Of a stretch of DNA of 64,000 nucleotides, positions 22,889 through 35,821 are shown in pieces. Under the pieces are notes generated by a model. It searched no databases and was not told the origin of the DNA. It worked only from the letters and a program-made list of their open reading frames with translations. Origin of the DNA: Pavona decussata (lineage: Eukaryota); assembly GCA_977016875.1 (NCBI GenBank), contig CDRNST010000144.1, positions 4,588,001 to 4,652,000 on the forward strand, in the 5' to 3' direction. The position numbers were made by a program, and so were the translations under genes. Within the stretch, counting starts at the first letter, position 1, and each line of letters starts with the position of its first letter.

Positions 22889-25876
22889 CTACGAAAGAGA
22901 ACACGAAGACAAAAAAAAAAAATAATAATAAATCAATAAATGGAGATTTGAGGGGCACATCCCCAGAGTAGCTTTTTGTCCACTGTTTCCAGGTCGAATT
23001 GGAATTTGGAAGCGTTGGAACCAGGGAAAAAAAACACCCTCGGAGCAGGGACGCCAACCAACAACAAAACATTTAACAGATTTGGTGAAACTTATTGTAA
23101 CTTATCCTTTAGTTCTTTTTATTTTAAATCTCTTCATTTTTGGTCCATCACCTGTCATTCATTTCTAAACATCATTACGTAATATGGAGGATAACTAGAA
23201 AATCGGATGGTTAACCTGCCCTTCATCCTCAATCGTTACCTCAAAATTATTCCAATTTAATTAAATTTTTAATATACAAGAATGTACTTATAACAAGCTA
23301 ATTACCATGAGGAAATAAAGGTTGTTGTTGTTGTTGTTGTTGAAAGTGCATTCTGAAACGTCGATCGCTATTAGCGCAAGAAAACACTATTCATTGATTT
23401 GTCGGCTCAGTCCCTTCAAGCCCATATGAACGGAGAGAATGAAGATACCTTACTTTACCCAGCTCAGAGACCAAACCCTTTAAAAAGAGAACAAATCTAA
23501 TGGCATTACCTCATCACATACATCATTGTGGTTAGCCGCATCCATCATTCCCAGCAGCTGCGCTCGTTGATCTCGGTATGAAGACATAACATCTCCAAGA
23601 TCCTTAAGCTTGATCACGTGACAGTCTACACAGGTAGAGGATCGTAAAGTGACCTTGGCTTTTGGGCGGGAGCAAATCTGCCTTAAACTGGCTCCATATG
23701 CATCTCCTTCTCCTAGAATTGATGGAAGAGACTCAGTTTAGAACCGTGAAATTGCAACCTGCCGTTCCGCTTAACATTGAGCGTTAGCCCTAGTAAGGAA
23801 ATGGGAGGCTGCACGAGGCAAAGAAAAAAACTTGATCTCGGCGCGAATCGAGCAAACCATAATCACTAAATTTTCTTCTCTTTTGAAACCTGCACTGTTC
23901 GAGCAATGTATTAAGTCTGTAAATAAACCCCAAAGTGTGACCATTAAAAAAAAGCTTACGAGAAGCACTGTTAACTGGTATTATTTCGTTTTCGATACTT
24001 TTCTATTTCAAATGACGATTTTGTTTTCTTTTTCGACTTAGCTCAACTCTTAGAAAGGAAGCATTCGAGGCTTAGCTTACTTATTCTTCCGCGCTGTTCA
24101 CCGTGGAACATGATATCAATCTTTCCCCGCCGCACAAGGTGCACAGAATCAATATCATCACCATCGTGTAGAATCTGATGTCCCGGAAGATGATGATGCC
24201 GATGCATTTTCTTGGCCAGCGCTCTCAGGCAACTGTCTTCGAAGTCGTGGAACAGAAATGAATCGGACAGAACTGTTAAGTGCATATGAAGGTGGATCTC
24301 GTACTGGAGACCATCCGGGAACTTTTGGAGCACCTGCAAGAAACAAAAATCCGGTATCAAACGTCGCGTGAAACTCGTGGTCACTACTTGATCAAACTTC
24401 CACTTCGGGCTACGTATCACTGTCGACATTTGCATTAGAAGCAAACCCAAAACAAGTGCGACGCACGCCCACTGTAAAAAAAAAATGCTTTTATCTGAGA
24501 ATTAATGGTGTTTTGTCCTTCTCGTAAAGAAAAATGGCGGATTTGGTGGGAGAGCGAAGTCACTTGCATCCATGTTTTCTCCAAAAAAATAACAGTAATT
24601 TTAGTGAAATCAGGTTAAATGTCTCTTCACCTGTTGCCTGCCCAAGCGGCTCAGCAACTGCACGATCTTCAAAACGAGGAAGTAATATAGTTGCGGAATT
24701 GTTTGTAAATCTCAAATTGTTTTCAAATTAATCACCACATAAGCACACGCACCGCAACATCAGTGTTTCTGGATCAATTAATAAATTACCTCGGATTTTG
24801 TAACGAATGTTGTATGCACAAGGAATCATGATGAACAGCAATGTTTCACCAATAATGTGTCCTCGTTTGAGCAGACTCTGGTGTTTAATAGCTACGATAG
24901 CTTAAGATAAGATGACTACCTTTGGACAACAGAACGTTATTGGTCACGTGATACTAACCTTAGCCATATCTGTCCCCTTGGTTTGAGACCAGGTGTGACG
25001 CGAGTAATCCCTGAGCCTCCGAGCCAGCGGATTCTTCACCTTGAAATAACGAATAAATTCGTTGATCTGAAGAGACTCCTTCCTGTACCGGAAGTTACTG
25101 GAGTATTGACCGTGAATGATAGCTGTCACGTTACCAAATATAGCTGCGTGCATCACGGCTGCAAAAAAAAAAAAAAGAAAAAAAAAACCGACATCTTAGT
25201 AAACTTAAGTATAATCGGTTTATCAGTAGCATGGGGCCATATTGAAGACGTCTGAGTCTTCGATGGTAGATGAAATGATGAACGATCCACACACTGATCG
25301 GATTCTCTAAGCACTGCACTACACGGAGGATTTTATCGAGCTATTAGTATAGACACATTTTTTGTGACACTTTTCTCTGTGCCTCAACCCAAATGTTTGA
25401 TAAGAATGACTTGCAACACCAAAACCTGGTTGACTCAACAATTAAAGGAAGAGAGTCAGCCTTGCATATAGATAGGTATATTCTGATCTTTAGCCGATTG
25501 TTCCTTGCAACTGGGGTGACTATTGTAGGCCATATTTACTAGTATCAAATGTGACAAGCGTTCTTCATACTCAGCTTGGATTGGTAATTTAGACAGTGTC
25601 ATAAAAGTGGAACTTGGTCTGGACATGAAGTAAGTAAACTGAACAACTCGCTGTTCTCCTTATCGCAAAGCTGTGATGCCAAAGCAAGAAATATCGACTG
25701 CGGACAAAACACCCATCTATAAAGCCGAACATTATTTTTCACGAAGCGTACATGGTACACCATCAGAAAACTCTGTCAAGGACGCTGCCTCTTGTTTGCT
25801 ACTGCGCCTACGTTCTGTGCACCTTGGCTCTGATTTGACTGTTGTGGCAAAAGAAGATCTTAGCAAGTGTTTTTGG

Positions 25877-25907
<31 letters not shown>

Positions 25908-28900
25908 GTTTTTCGGAGATAATCAAGCTTCAATTTGGAAAAACATTCCATACATTGTTTTCATTAAAACGTACTTTTGTCTTATAACCAACCCAACTAT
26001 ACACATTAATGCGAAGTTGATTATGGAAATAAATGCCCTGGGTACACAACTATTTCTTTTTTTCCTTCCAGAGGAGTGGCCGTTCCGCAAAAGCGTAATA
26101 CGACCACAAAGGCTTCATCGTCGTGGCTCGGTATCGCGAAAGTCGTTCAGGGGAAATACCCTCTGACACCCAGAGGAATGGTATGGAGAAAAAGTATTTC
26201 AATAATCAAGTACAGTCGAACCTCTTTAATATCGACACCACAGGCACTGACCCAAGTGATCGCAATTACAGTCATGTTCGTACTTCTGAGCCAGGGATTG
26301 TGTGAATTTTGGTATCTTCACGACCAAGAAAAATGTCGTAATAGAGAGGTGTCCATAAGAAGAGGTTTACCGTAATTTTATTCGCAAAAAGTATGTTTGA
26401 TATTCCTGAAGATCACCTTTTTGAATTCTTAAGATTTTGAAATGACTTACCTCCCATTAACATACAACAAATGGAAAATATTCTCTCGCCATCTGTATTC
26501 GCTGAAACATTACCAAACCCTACGGTTGTACATAATGTCATGACGTAATAAAGTGACGTCAGATAGCGTGTCCGAAGAGTGGGACCGCTGGTCGGTTCGT
26601 CTTCAATAATCGGCAATTCCATTTGATATGACAAAATACTAAGCCACGACAAGCCGTCGTGTTCAGGAGCCTCCTCCGCACCGATTGCATACCAGATGCA
26701 AGCTAGCCAATGAGCGACCAGCATAAAAAACATAATCATTAAAAACAGCAGTGACGTCATATACTCGTAGTTTCGATCCAGTTTCCTCGCGGCTCGAAAC
26801 AACCGTAGTAAGCGAGCTGTTTTCAGAAGGCTGAACAACATCGTGTTCTAGAGGGAGAGAAAGAGAACGCAGTTGTAAAATGTTGAAAAGTTTATTCTGA
26901 GGCAAAACAATGTCGATACTTTTAAAGGCAAATGGAGAAAGATCTTTTAAGGATTTCTCGTTCCTTCTTAACGTGTACATAAATACGAAAAAGAAAGTGG
27001 TTTTCTATGTTCTTTGTAACATTTAGATAATTGCCCGCTCCGGACCCCAGTTTACACATTGTTCAAATTGCGTCATATGAAGAAATGAATCGCATCACCA
27101 GAAAGATCACATAAAAAATAATAAGTTTACCAAGTTTAGTTTTGTTTCACTGCGTAGTAACCAGCAACCAGGCTGTGAAAGGTCGTCCAAATTCCATACA
27201 AATGTCTGTAATTCTTAGATGGCGTCATCCAAATCCATACGGTCTCTAATTTTTCCGAGTTTTGAAAGCCTTTTACATAGTTGCAGTCTAACGACAGAAC
27301 CTCAAACTTGGTAAACTGACTTATTTTAATGTGATCTTTCTTGTGATGGACTCAAATTTCTGATTAAATGAAAACTAAAAGAAAAATAAACTCCCCGGTC
27401 TCCAGTTGAACTTCGGAACGGGGAATTTCGGAATCGAATAGGAATACACGAAATAGAAGGTATTCATGTTCTTTGGGGCCAATACTTTTATCGGAATGAA
27501 CAGAATGCTATCCGTTCATTCTGTTTACTTTCATGGAATAAGCAGAATTCTGTTCTATTGGGAACTGAATATTCTGTGTATTCCGTTATTACCAAGAGAA
27601 AATAAGGGGACAGAGAGGGAGATCCCCAGTGTAGCCCTTGGGATATGTGAATTTCAGTTTTTTTTTTCAAAGTTATTTTTAGACGTCGTGCAAACGAAAG
27701 TCTGTTTCCCAAGACGTCCGCAAACGTATTTAGACGCTTAGGAAAACCATACTGAATATTCAACAGCCGTCAGTTACACAATGCGACTTTGGCACGCTCC
27801 GGTGACTTCCCATGATGTCACACAGACTGTTTGCGGACGTTTCGGGAAACAGGTGTCTAAAATTAAATCAAGTGAAATTTGTATGTCACAGCCAACACCC
27901 CTAGTTTTCCTCTCTGTCCCCTTATGTTCTCTTGTTTATTACTTAACTGGAATGAGAATAGCCAGAATATGTTCCAAAAGAACGCGGGCTAGCTAGAGAA
28001 AGAGAAAGATTACTCAGGCTACTGACCTCTTCTCTTCCTGAATTGAACGTGGCCAGCAGATCCCAGGGAATGGCGGCTACGAAATCCACTACAAAATAAG
28101 TCTTTAAGTAATGGACGGCAATCTTCCATGGATTGGTGATGAGTACCTCGCCCTCCTTGACGTATGTGGTGCGGAAATTCATCAGAATGTCGATCATAAA
28201 GAGAAAGTCTATGATGAGGTCGGTGTAGAGAAGAGGGTAGGCTTCCGGATAACGACTCCTTAAATCCTCGAAAAAATCTAGAGAAGAACCGGCATCTGTA
28301 AAGAGAGAATACAAGACAATATTCAGAGGAGGGGCTTACCGTGTCTCTCGTCTCCAAACCGTGATCCCTACTCTCCTACCCTGCAGAACAGGAAATACTT
28401 TTTACACGTTTCTGGGCGAGAAGTGCTTGTGCATCATACTTCTGACCCCAAAAACGCATAAAAATCGTGACTGTTCTGCAGGTTACTCCACTCCCATTTT
28501 ATACTTCGATTTAAGGGGGCAGTCTGGTTGAATGCCACGACTGTGTACATTTTCCAGCGTTTTACTAGAACATTTGTATGGAAGGAAAGAGGGTAACCGT
28601 AAGTAATGGTGGAAATCCTTGGTGGCTTACCGCCACGACGCAAATGGAAATGCCACCGAACACAAGCGCAAGTGCAAATGTAGACGAAAAGGAAACCGGG
28701 AATATTTCCTTTTTCTTGAACTTTATTTTCGCTTGTGTTTGCAATTGGTTTCACGCGTGAAGATTGTAAAAGAAGTACAAATGTAAAGGCACGTAAGCAA
28801 GCGAAGCTGCGAGCATGTATATGCAGAAGAAGTTAGTTCTTCTGAATCACAATTAAAAACGTTCAGGTGCCTTTTACCACAATCTCGTCAAAGTCTTAAT

Positions 28901-31690
28901 GGATGGCAAACTTAATGCACCTATCCATGTTAAGCCGCAGGGCACTTGAGACTAGCTTAGTGAGATATTTTGTTCAAAAGCTCCCGACACTGCCGAGGGC
29001 ATTCGCGGATGATCAAAAGAGTCACTAAACTAAAATTTCTTAGAAAGTCTACTATCACAGGCCTCATGGTCATTATCGCTGTCAATCGTCCACCTACGCT
29101 CGACCTCCAGCTCCTCCCCCACCCCACCCCCACCAAACACTTCTCCCCCTCCCCAGTGGCTTAACATCGTTATGTGCATAAATAGATTTGTTGCATTGTT
29201 TGTGATTTACGTCTTGCGCCTCAGTCCATTTGCGGTTTGGTTTGCTTTTCACGAGTAGACCTTGTTACTCAGAGTCACAATTCAGTGCATGGTGCCATGC
29301 TAACAAAGGCTATATTCGTCTCTACGATAACAACACCTCCGTGTTATAATGATCTAATCCAATGTCCTAAAGCACCGGCCTTCACCTCCCCCTCCCCCCC
29401 CCCCCCCCCTTTTCCTTCCGATACAAAAATAAGCGTTTCGTGATCACAACACCGGTTTGTCAGACATTTGGGTGAAATAGCAGGTAAAAATATATATTAA
29501 GGCAAGCTTTCTAGACGTCTGTCACACGTCTGACATGTTTTGCTGCACGGTTCAGATATTAAAATAAATTTAAATTTCAGTTTTAAAACCCGTCACAGCG
29601 TCAGGTCGTGGTTGACACTAATATACGAGTGGTATCTCCCCCCTTTATTAACTCCCCTCAATATTAACTCTTTTAATGGGGTTCTAATAGTTTAGTCCAC
29701 GGACGTGACCATTTCAATATGAGAGCTGTTAATGAGAAAACTCATGCCGTGCTCTCTATTTTATCACGCGATATGGTTCTAGGTTTTGACTGTGTGGATA
29801 ACTTTTAACGTGCAAATTGTCAATATGAACTCATCGCATCATTCTGGTGCGACTGTATGCTTCTGCAAGATGGTTCCAACTCCTTATTCTTCTATAGACG
29901 AATTACCTTACGAGAGAATATTGAAGAAAGTAGCTGATAAGTACATATATTGTTGCGGTTCCGTTTGTTATTCGATTGTTATCTATGGCGCACAAGGTGG
30001 TTCTAGCTGTTGATTCTGTGCGTGGAATCAGTAAGCGCAAGTGACCATTCACATGAAGGTCACTGAAGAGCACAATGTTGCACTCAGAGCTGTTTGTTTT
30101 CGACAATTTTGAGAATGACATTTAGGATTTTAATATGTTTTATTTCGATCTTGGACTCTTCAAAGTTGGCATCCCGCCAGGAACAGGTGGAGATGACTTG
30201 AAATCTCAAGACAGCTAAAATTTCAAACAAAATCAAGCAATTTCGTAAGAATTCAAATTTGAGGCATTTTGTCAAAGAAAACGCTTTTGATATATGACGG
30301 AACCAGAAATGCCTCTATAAGACTTGCATGTTACTGAGCAAGAAAGGGCTTATCTCTTGTTTAACATCTCCGTCTTTCTGCATTCAAATTGGAGTGGAAA
30401 AAACGACCAATATTTCAACTGGCAAGATAAGTTGTTTACAAAATTGAATAAGAGCTTTTGTTAGGGGCCAGCCAAGAATTTTCGGTATGACAAAAAACAA
30501 TTGTATGGATATTTTGCTCCACTGAAACTGCTGAATTGAATTCTACTTATGAAAAACGCTTTAAAAAATTTGAGTATCGCTTAACAATAGGCAAGATAGT
30601 TAACATATGAAACAAGGCTGCGGTAAAGAAAATTCCTCTTTGTATTTCAAAATTAGTTATGATAATTTAAATGAGAATAGAGAAATCTTATCCGGTGAAT
30701 GTCACCGGCAAAATAAAAGCAAGCGATATCTGAAACGACAGCGACGATTTACTAATTGTCATCTACGTTTGAGAAAACAAAACAAAACCAGACAAAACAC
30801 TTTTACGATTCTTTGATAAAAATAAGCAAGGAAATCCTTCCTCTTTTCGTCTAATTGCAGTAGCTGTATTCACTTCTGGTTTCAGTAAGGAAAAACGAAT
30901 GATATTATCGTGAATATTACCTTCATAGGAATTCCCCCAAGCGAAAGAAAGTTAAGCAAGATACTCAGGAAGCTGACCCTTTCAGGGCCTTTTAAATTGA
31001 TATTTTGAAAGCAAGCACTGTTTGATCCGTTTGGATTCTTCGCTTTAACAACATTTAACAGCATTTCCGAGTTCCTGCGCTAGCTTTTCAAAGATCCTAG
31101 CTGGAACAATTTCCTTCTCGAAACGACACTTTTCTTCTTCCGAAAACAAAAGGAATCGCGACTGATAAAGGCGAGAATTCCCCAAACAAAACTATAGTTT
31201 TTCAACACAATTAACCCCGACTCTCTGAGGCGAATACGCATTCTCAACAGATATTTACCTAAAAGAACGGTTGGGTGCCACTGATCGACATGGGCGTATA
31301 CTCAGATATATCGCAGCGGTTTAAAGTTTAATTTAGTGGTGATACCTACCTCGTTCAATAATCCCGCCGGAGTGATGAGTAATGACAGAGTATACCTCTA
31401 TAATTAAGGAACCCGACCAGTTTTTCAACTCACTCTTTCATCTACACCGCCTTCCTGTGAGGCATAAAGCCGCGACCAGTTTTGCAAGGAGGAAACTATT
31501 TTATCCAGTCGTCAAGCGCTTTTCAGCTTTCAAAATGCAATTATAGTTGAAGTACAACTTAACAACTGGATGAAAAATTTTTCCACTAAATAGAACTGTC
31601 TGGTATTCGAACAATCGACCACACACTCCAGACCACAATTTCTCGTCAAATGAATTTTGAGAAGACTGACTGTTTTGCTTTTTTAATGTC

Positions 31691-31741
<51 letters not shown>

Positions 31742-32870
31742 GGCAAGCGTCAAATGATTAGCGACCAACTCTTCCGTAAGCCTAACTGCAGGATGGCTAA
31801 CTTTGCGATTTTTTATTTTTTAAGAGAAAGCGTATCCATGCACGCAACTGAAGAGTACCGATACACATCCCGGAAAGTGCACGCTAAAACAAAACAACGA
31901 CAACAACAACAACAACAAAAAAAAGCACGAGATAAACGAGCGAGACAAGCCATTCGCCTGAGAAACATACATTATGATTCTTCACGTTATCCAAATTTCG
32001 AACACAAAAGATAAAGAAACAGACAGTACCACTTGAAAGTACTCCTCGTTAGCTTTTATTCGAATGGCCACACTTGAGGATATTTTTATCCGTTTTCAAA
32101 GTTACCACCACATAAAGCATTCTTAGCAACAGAGAAACTCAGCTATTGGAGCAGAGATTCGTCACTTAGAGGACATGTAATAGTTGTGAGAAAAAGCGAT
32201 GCCTTATGTACTTTAACATGAACCACTTTGCAATGCTGATTGTTTGTGTCTGTGTGTGACAGTCTTTGAAGAGTTCTCATCAAACAAAAAAACGGCTGGC
32301 CAAAGAAGATATTTGCGTATTAAAAGCTACCCGTGTCAGTTTTCGTTTGATGAGCACTTCGGGAAGAAGACGTTTTACTGACGAGTCGGCCAAACATTTT
32401 CCTTATTTTTAAGCTTGAAAACTCCCGTAGTTAATTGTTATAAACGAGAAAATGAGATACCAGCATTCAAAGGATAGAGCAATAAATTATAATTAGAAAT
32501 AGAAACCAACGTCGATACATGAATTAATAATAATAAAATATTGTATATTTTATACGTTTCAAACGCTTGATAGCGTGAAGATGTAGAAACGAGGGCAAGC
32601 AATCTTGGCCGTGATGTAAATAAGTTATTATGTTCACATTAATTTACCTTTATTATTTGTTGTGTTGTCCGGGCTCTCGTCGTTGCGCGTCAGCACAAAT
32701 GCAGACATGAAGGGAACCTCAATGGCAGTGTACAGCACTAATATTAAAATCACCCAATCCCATGTTATTTTAAAGAGTCCATAGTGCAGGATAATCCTGT
32801 TCTTCATTTGATCGGGTATTTGGCTTTTGTAACGCTTGTACTTTGAACGCCATCTCTTGAAAGCTGCCAT
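22247..32870 (-). CDS. KCNH (Erg): Erg-subfamily voltage-gated K+ channel (KCNH2/6/7-like, Kv11) without PAS domain, 728 aa; exons 32870-32648, 28295-28027, 26847-26451, 25158-24959, 24333-24081, 23712-23510, 22888-22247
   Basis: S1 ILHYGLFKITWDWVILILVLYTA; S2-S3 DILMNFRTTYV..KIAVHY..DFVAAIPWDLL; S4 LLKTARLLRLFRAARKLD; S5 AHWLACIWYAIG; pore TTVGFGNVS; C-linker, CNBHD and C-terminal coiled coil. 2187 nt, all phases consistent. S1-S5 closer to hERG than to Elk/Eag by eye. Confidence 0.93.
23510..23712 (-). CDS. KCNH (Erg): Erg exon (CNBHD C-half)
   Basis: EGDAYGASLRQICSRPKAKVTLRSSTCVDCHVIKLKDLGDVMSSY..CDE; phase 1 to 0; missed by the ORF track. Confidence 0.9.
24081..24333 (-). CDS. KCNH (Erg): Erg exon (C-linker, CNBHD N-half)
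   Basis: VLQKFPDGLQYEIHLH..CLRALA..LPGHQILHDGD..RGKIDI. Confidence 0.95.
24959..25158 (-). CDS. KCNH (Erg): Erg exon (S6, C-linker)
   Basis: VMHAAIFGNVTAII..EFIRYFKVKNPLARRL..TKGTDMAK. Confidence 0.95.
26213..26372. mobile_element. Short pogo/Tigger-like MITE
   Basis: TA|cagtcgaacctctt ... aagaggtttaccg|TA. Confidence 0.55.
26451..26847 (-). CDS. KCNH (Erg): Erg exon (S4, S5, pore, start of S6)
   Basis: LLKTARLLRL..AHWLACIWY..TTVGFGNVSANT..SICCMLMG. Confidence 0.97.
28027..28295 (-). CDS. KCNH (Erg): Erg exon (S2-S3)
   Basis: AGSSLDFF..NFRTTYV..AAIPWDLLATFNSGREE|gtcagt. Confidence 0.95.
29680..30075. repeat. Degenerate tandem array of a ~100-bp dispersed repeat family
   Basis: Units begin with ggttc(t/c)a at ~29680, 29777, 29873 and 30000, with gtgaccatt(t/c)..atga motifs; related units near 2600-2790, 13200-13310, 23910-23960, 32020-32150 and 41930-41975. 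Confidence 0.55.
31694..31738. repeat. (CT)n microsatellite
   Basis: Read directly. Confidence 0.95.
32648..32870 (-). CDS. KCNH (Erg): Erg exon (start, S1)
   Basis: Acceptor ttcgtttcatag; the exon starts at 32873 with ATC ATG; donor G|gtaaat. Confidence 0.92.
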
Positions 32871-35821
32871 GATCTATGAAACGAACAAAACAACCTCATT
32901 AAAGTAGTCCCTTTTACACACATTTTCAATGAATTGTGGGTGACGGTGGTCATAAGCTCTGCGAAAGTTACCCTAGGCTTTCACCGCAAGCACAACACGA
33001 AAGCCTCTTGAGACATTCACAGAGCTTGCACGCCAAGTCAGTGACAATTTACATTGACAATCGTCCAAGTTGAATAAATCACTTGCACAAATTTTTCTTT
33101 AAACCTAAAACGTAAAAATGTATTATTAGACATGGTGCAACTTTGTGCAGATGTTTTCCGCACATAGTGCAACTCGCTGGTCGACGAAGCACAGTTCATC
33201 CCTTACCCCATTTCTCACCATCGCTGCACCAACTAATAATAATGCTACAGCAGATTAAGCAAAGGCTTTGAAAATGCGTGAAGTAAATAAGACGATGTTC
33301 ATCGATCAATTGTAAAGTCGCCAGCCATCTTGGAACAGTTTTACGCAATTGCAGTTCCCGTTTGTGGACTACATTTTATAGCTCATGGTCTAATTCGGCG
33401 GATTGGACGTCTCATTACGATTGCGGTATTCTTTCAAAACGTTTCTGTCACCACAGCAGCGATCTCAAAACAGTGGGAGACGTGATGGGAAGTTGATAAA
33501 AGACAGGATAATTACGTAAATTTCAGGGAATACGAGGAGCCACGGCCACAAGCAACATCTGTCAAGAAGGCTTGAATAATTGATGACTCATTGTTATTCC
33601 ATTGTAAAGTCTGCTTTACATTTATTTATAAATAAGCCCTTCGTCACGCACATAGTTTGCCACCCGTTGCGACAGCGAGATTTAACCATAACGATACAAC
33701 AAGATGACAACTTCAATTCCCTAAACATTTCCTTGTAGAAAAGTTTCATTCTCTGAGCTCCGTCGAGATCGAGGTTTTTTCTTTGAGAAGTGCCACTTTA
33801 ATTTTACGCGAACAAAAACGCTAGCTACCTCATTACCATGGTAACAATAGAGTGTACAATGAATGTAAAATGAAATTTGACTTACAGAAATATTTAATAC
33901 TCATAAATTGGTCAATGCGTTTTTACCCAAAAAGAACGTTCGTTTAATACTCATTCTTCTTCGCCAATTCGATGAATGCACGACTTGGTAGAAATGCTAC
34001 ATAGTTTTAAAAATCGATAAGATGATGTCATAGCCATCCACAGACAACAGATAACTAATACTAAGGGAACTGGTCATAACAAGTTTGTTCGAAGAGGGCC
34101 CACGTTGTCTGGGGTAGGGGGGTTATCGAAGACACCACCTGTCTCATGAACATCACCGACAAACTTTTATTGGCTTTAAAATTTGAGTTGACACAGAAAT
34201 ACTCAGCAAAAGTCAGCATTGCAAGATAAAAAGAAAAGTGATATTTGAATCTCACTGTCATTTTTTACTGCTGGATAGAGGCGTGGCTATGTAATAGAGA
34301 CACCATCTTTTGAGGTTGACGAAGGGGAGGGGGGGGGGGGGTGCAGGCAGAGGCCACCGTCTATTTTGTGGTTCGGTGAGTCCTGTTCGAGTATAGTAGT
34401 TTTGACCACTTCCCTAATTACTGGCACTTTAGCAGTATAAGTCTATTATTTTAATGTTTCAACCAATACAATATATGTTTCGGTTGTTCAAATGCGACGA
34501 TAGATTTTTCTTACTCGTGTGACTCAAATGCTAAAAACGACTTTTAACGTAATTCGGCGACTTCGGCGACAATAACGGGAGAAAGATTAACTCGAGAGCA
34601 ACTCACTCGCGCGGGAAAGAAGCTCGTCACAACTTCTGCAGTGCGCGGGATCTGGCTTCTGGAACTAGACGACATCATAAAACAAATCTAAACTCAGACC
34701 GGCATAGATTTATTCCGACTCACAACATTAGCAATTCACAAGCACACGTTAATGTTCTTAGTTGTGTACATCAGTCCTTTGGTTTGAGTCCAAATGTTTT
34801 TGTATAAAAGTACAGCGCGAGGTGCAACAAGTGTTAAAAAAACAAACTACTTAACATTCAAAGTTCACGTCGAGAGATATATTGTTAAACTTAAGATTGG
34901 CAGTGCAAACTGGTGAACTCCCCTTGAAAGAAAACTCAACATTAAGCATTTATGAACGGAAGGAAACAATGACTCTGTTTGCGTATCAACAAAAGCTACG
35001 CTAACTCTGCAAGTGTGGAACAAAAGATATGCTGAGTCTGTTTGAATCTTACAGTAGTTAACTAACACGTGCACAGTACGTCAGCTGCTCAGACTAAGAT
35101 AAACAATATTTTGCTCAACTAAGCGCTGCATATTCCTTTTTGTGTATAACGCCTTACTTTTAACATAAATCTGTCTCGTCCAGAAATCTCAACGCTCGCT
35201 AAATTAAGCAAAGGAAAATGAGCAAAGGTACAAATAAATGCAGCTGTTTGCATAAAACTTACAACGACTACAAGTAATACGGTAAATCTAAGAGACGATT
35301 AAATATGTACGATAAAATGCTGGGTAATCAGTGATTACTGCAAAAAGCTCAATAAACTACACAAGGCTAAGCGATTAGATAAAACTGTGAAAAGATATAA
35401 ATAGAAAAAAATAACTTTATTTCCGTAACTTTTATCCTATTAGCTTATACTGGTGTTCCTGTATTGGTTTTGATCACTTTTTGTTTAATTTCGGCAGTTT
35501 TGGGAAAATCCAGAGATCCAAGATGGTCGCCATTTGGGAATCATGACCTAGTTAGTCATCACTTCGCGCTGCGTAACTCAAAGGAGACATCTTTAGACGA
35601 ACTATCTATCCTCGAAGTTTCACTGTCATAGCTTTTATATTTGCAAAGTTATTGAGGGGGGACGGATTCGGCCCAACAAGATGAGAAGACGAAAAGAAAA
35701 GAAATCCCGGTCTAGATAAGATTAAATACTTAATTTTAATGGTCCACCAGGGCACAAAACACAAAATACAGGAAATAACAGTTTTTCCCCAAACACAAAG
35801 TAACATTGCCCCACTTCGTTT

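Noticed and set aside
28340-28380. 41-nt exon-like segment in an Erg intron
   Set aside because: Frameshifting with an immediate stop, and it would leave only a 44-nt intron.
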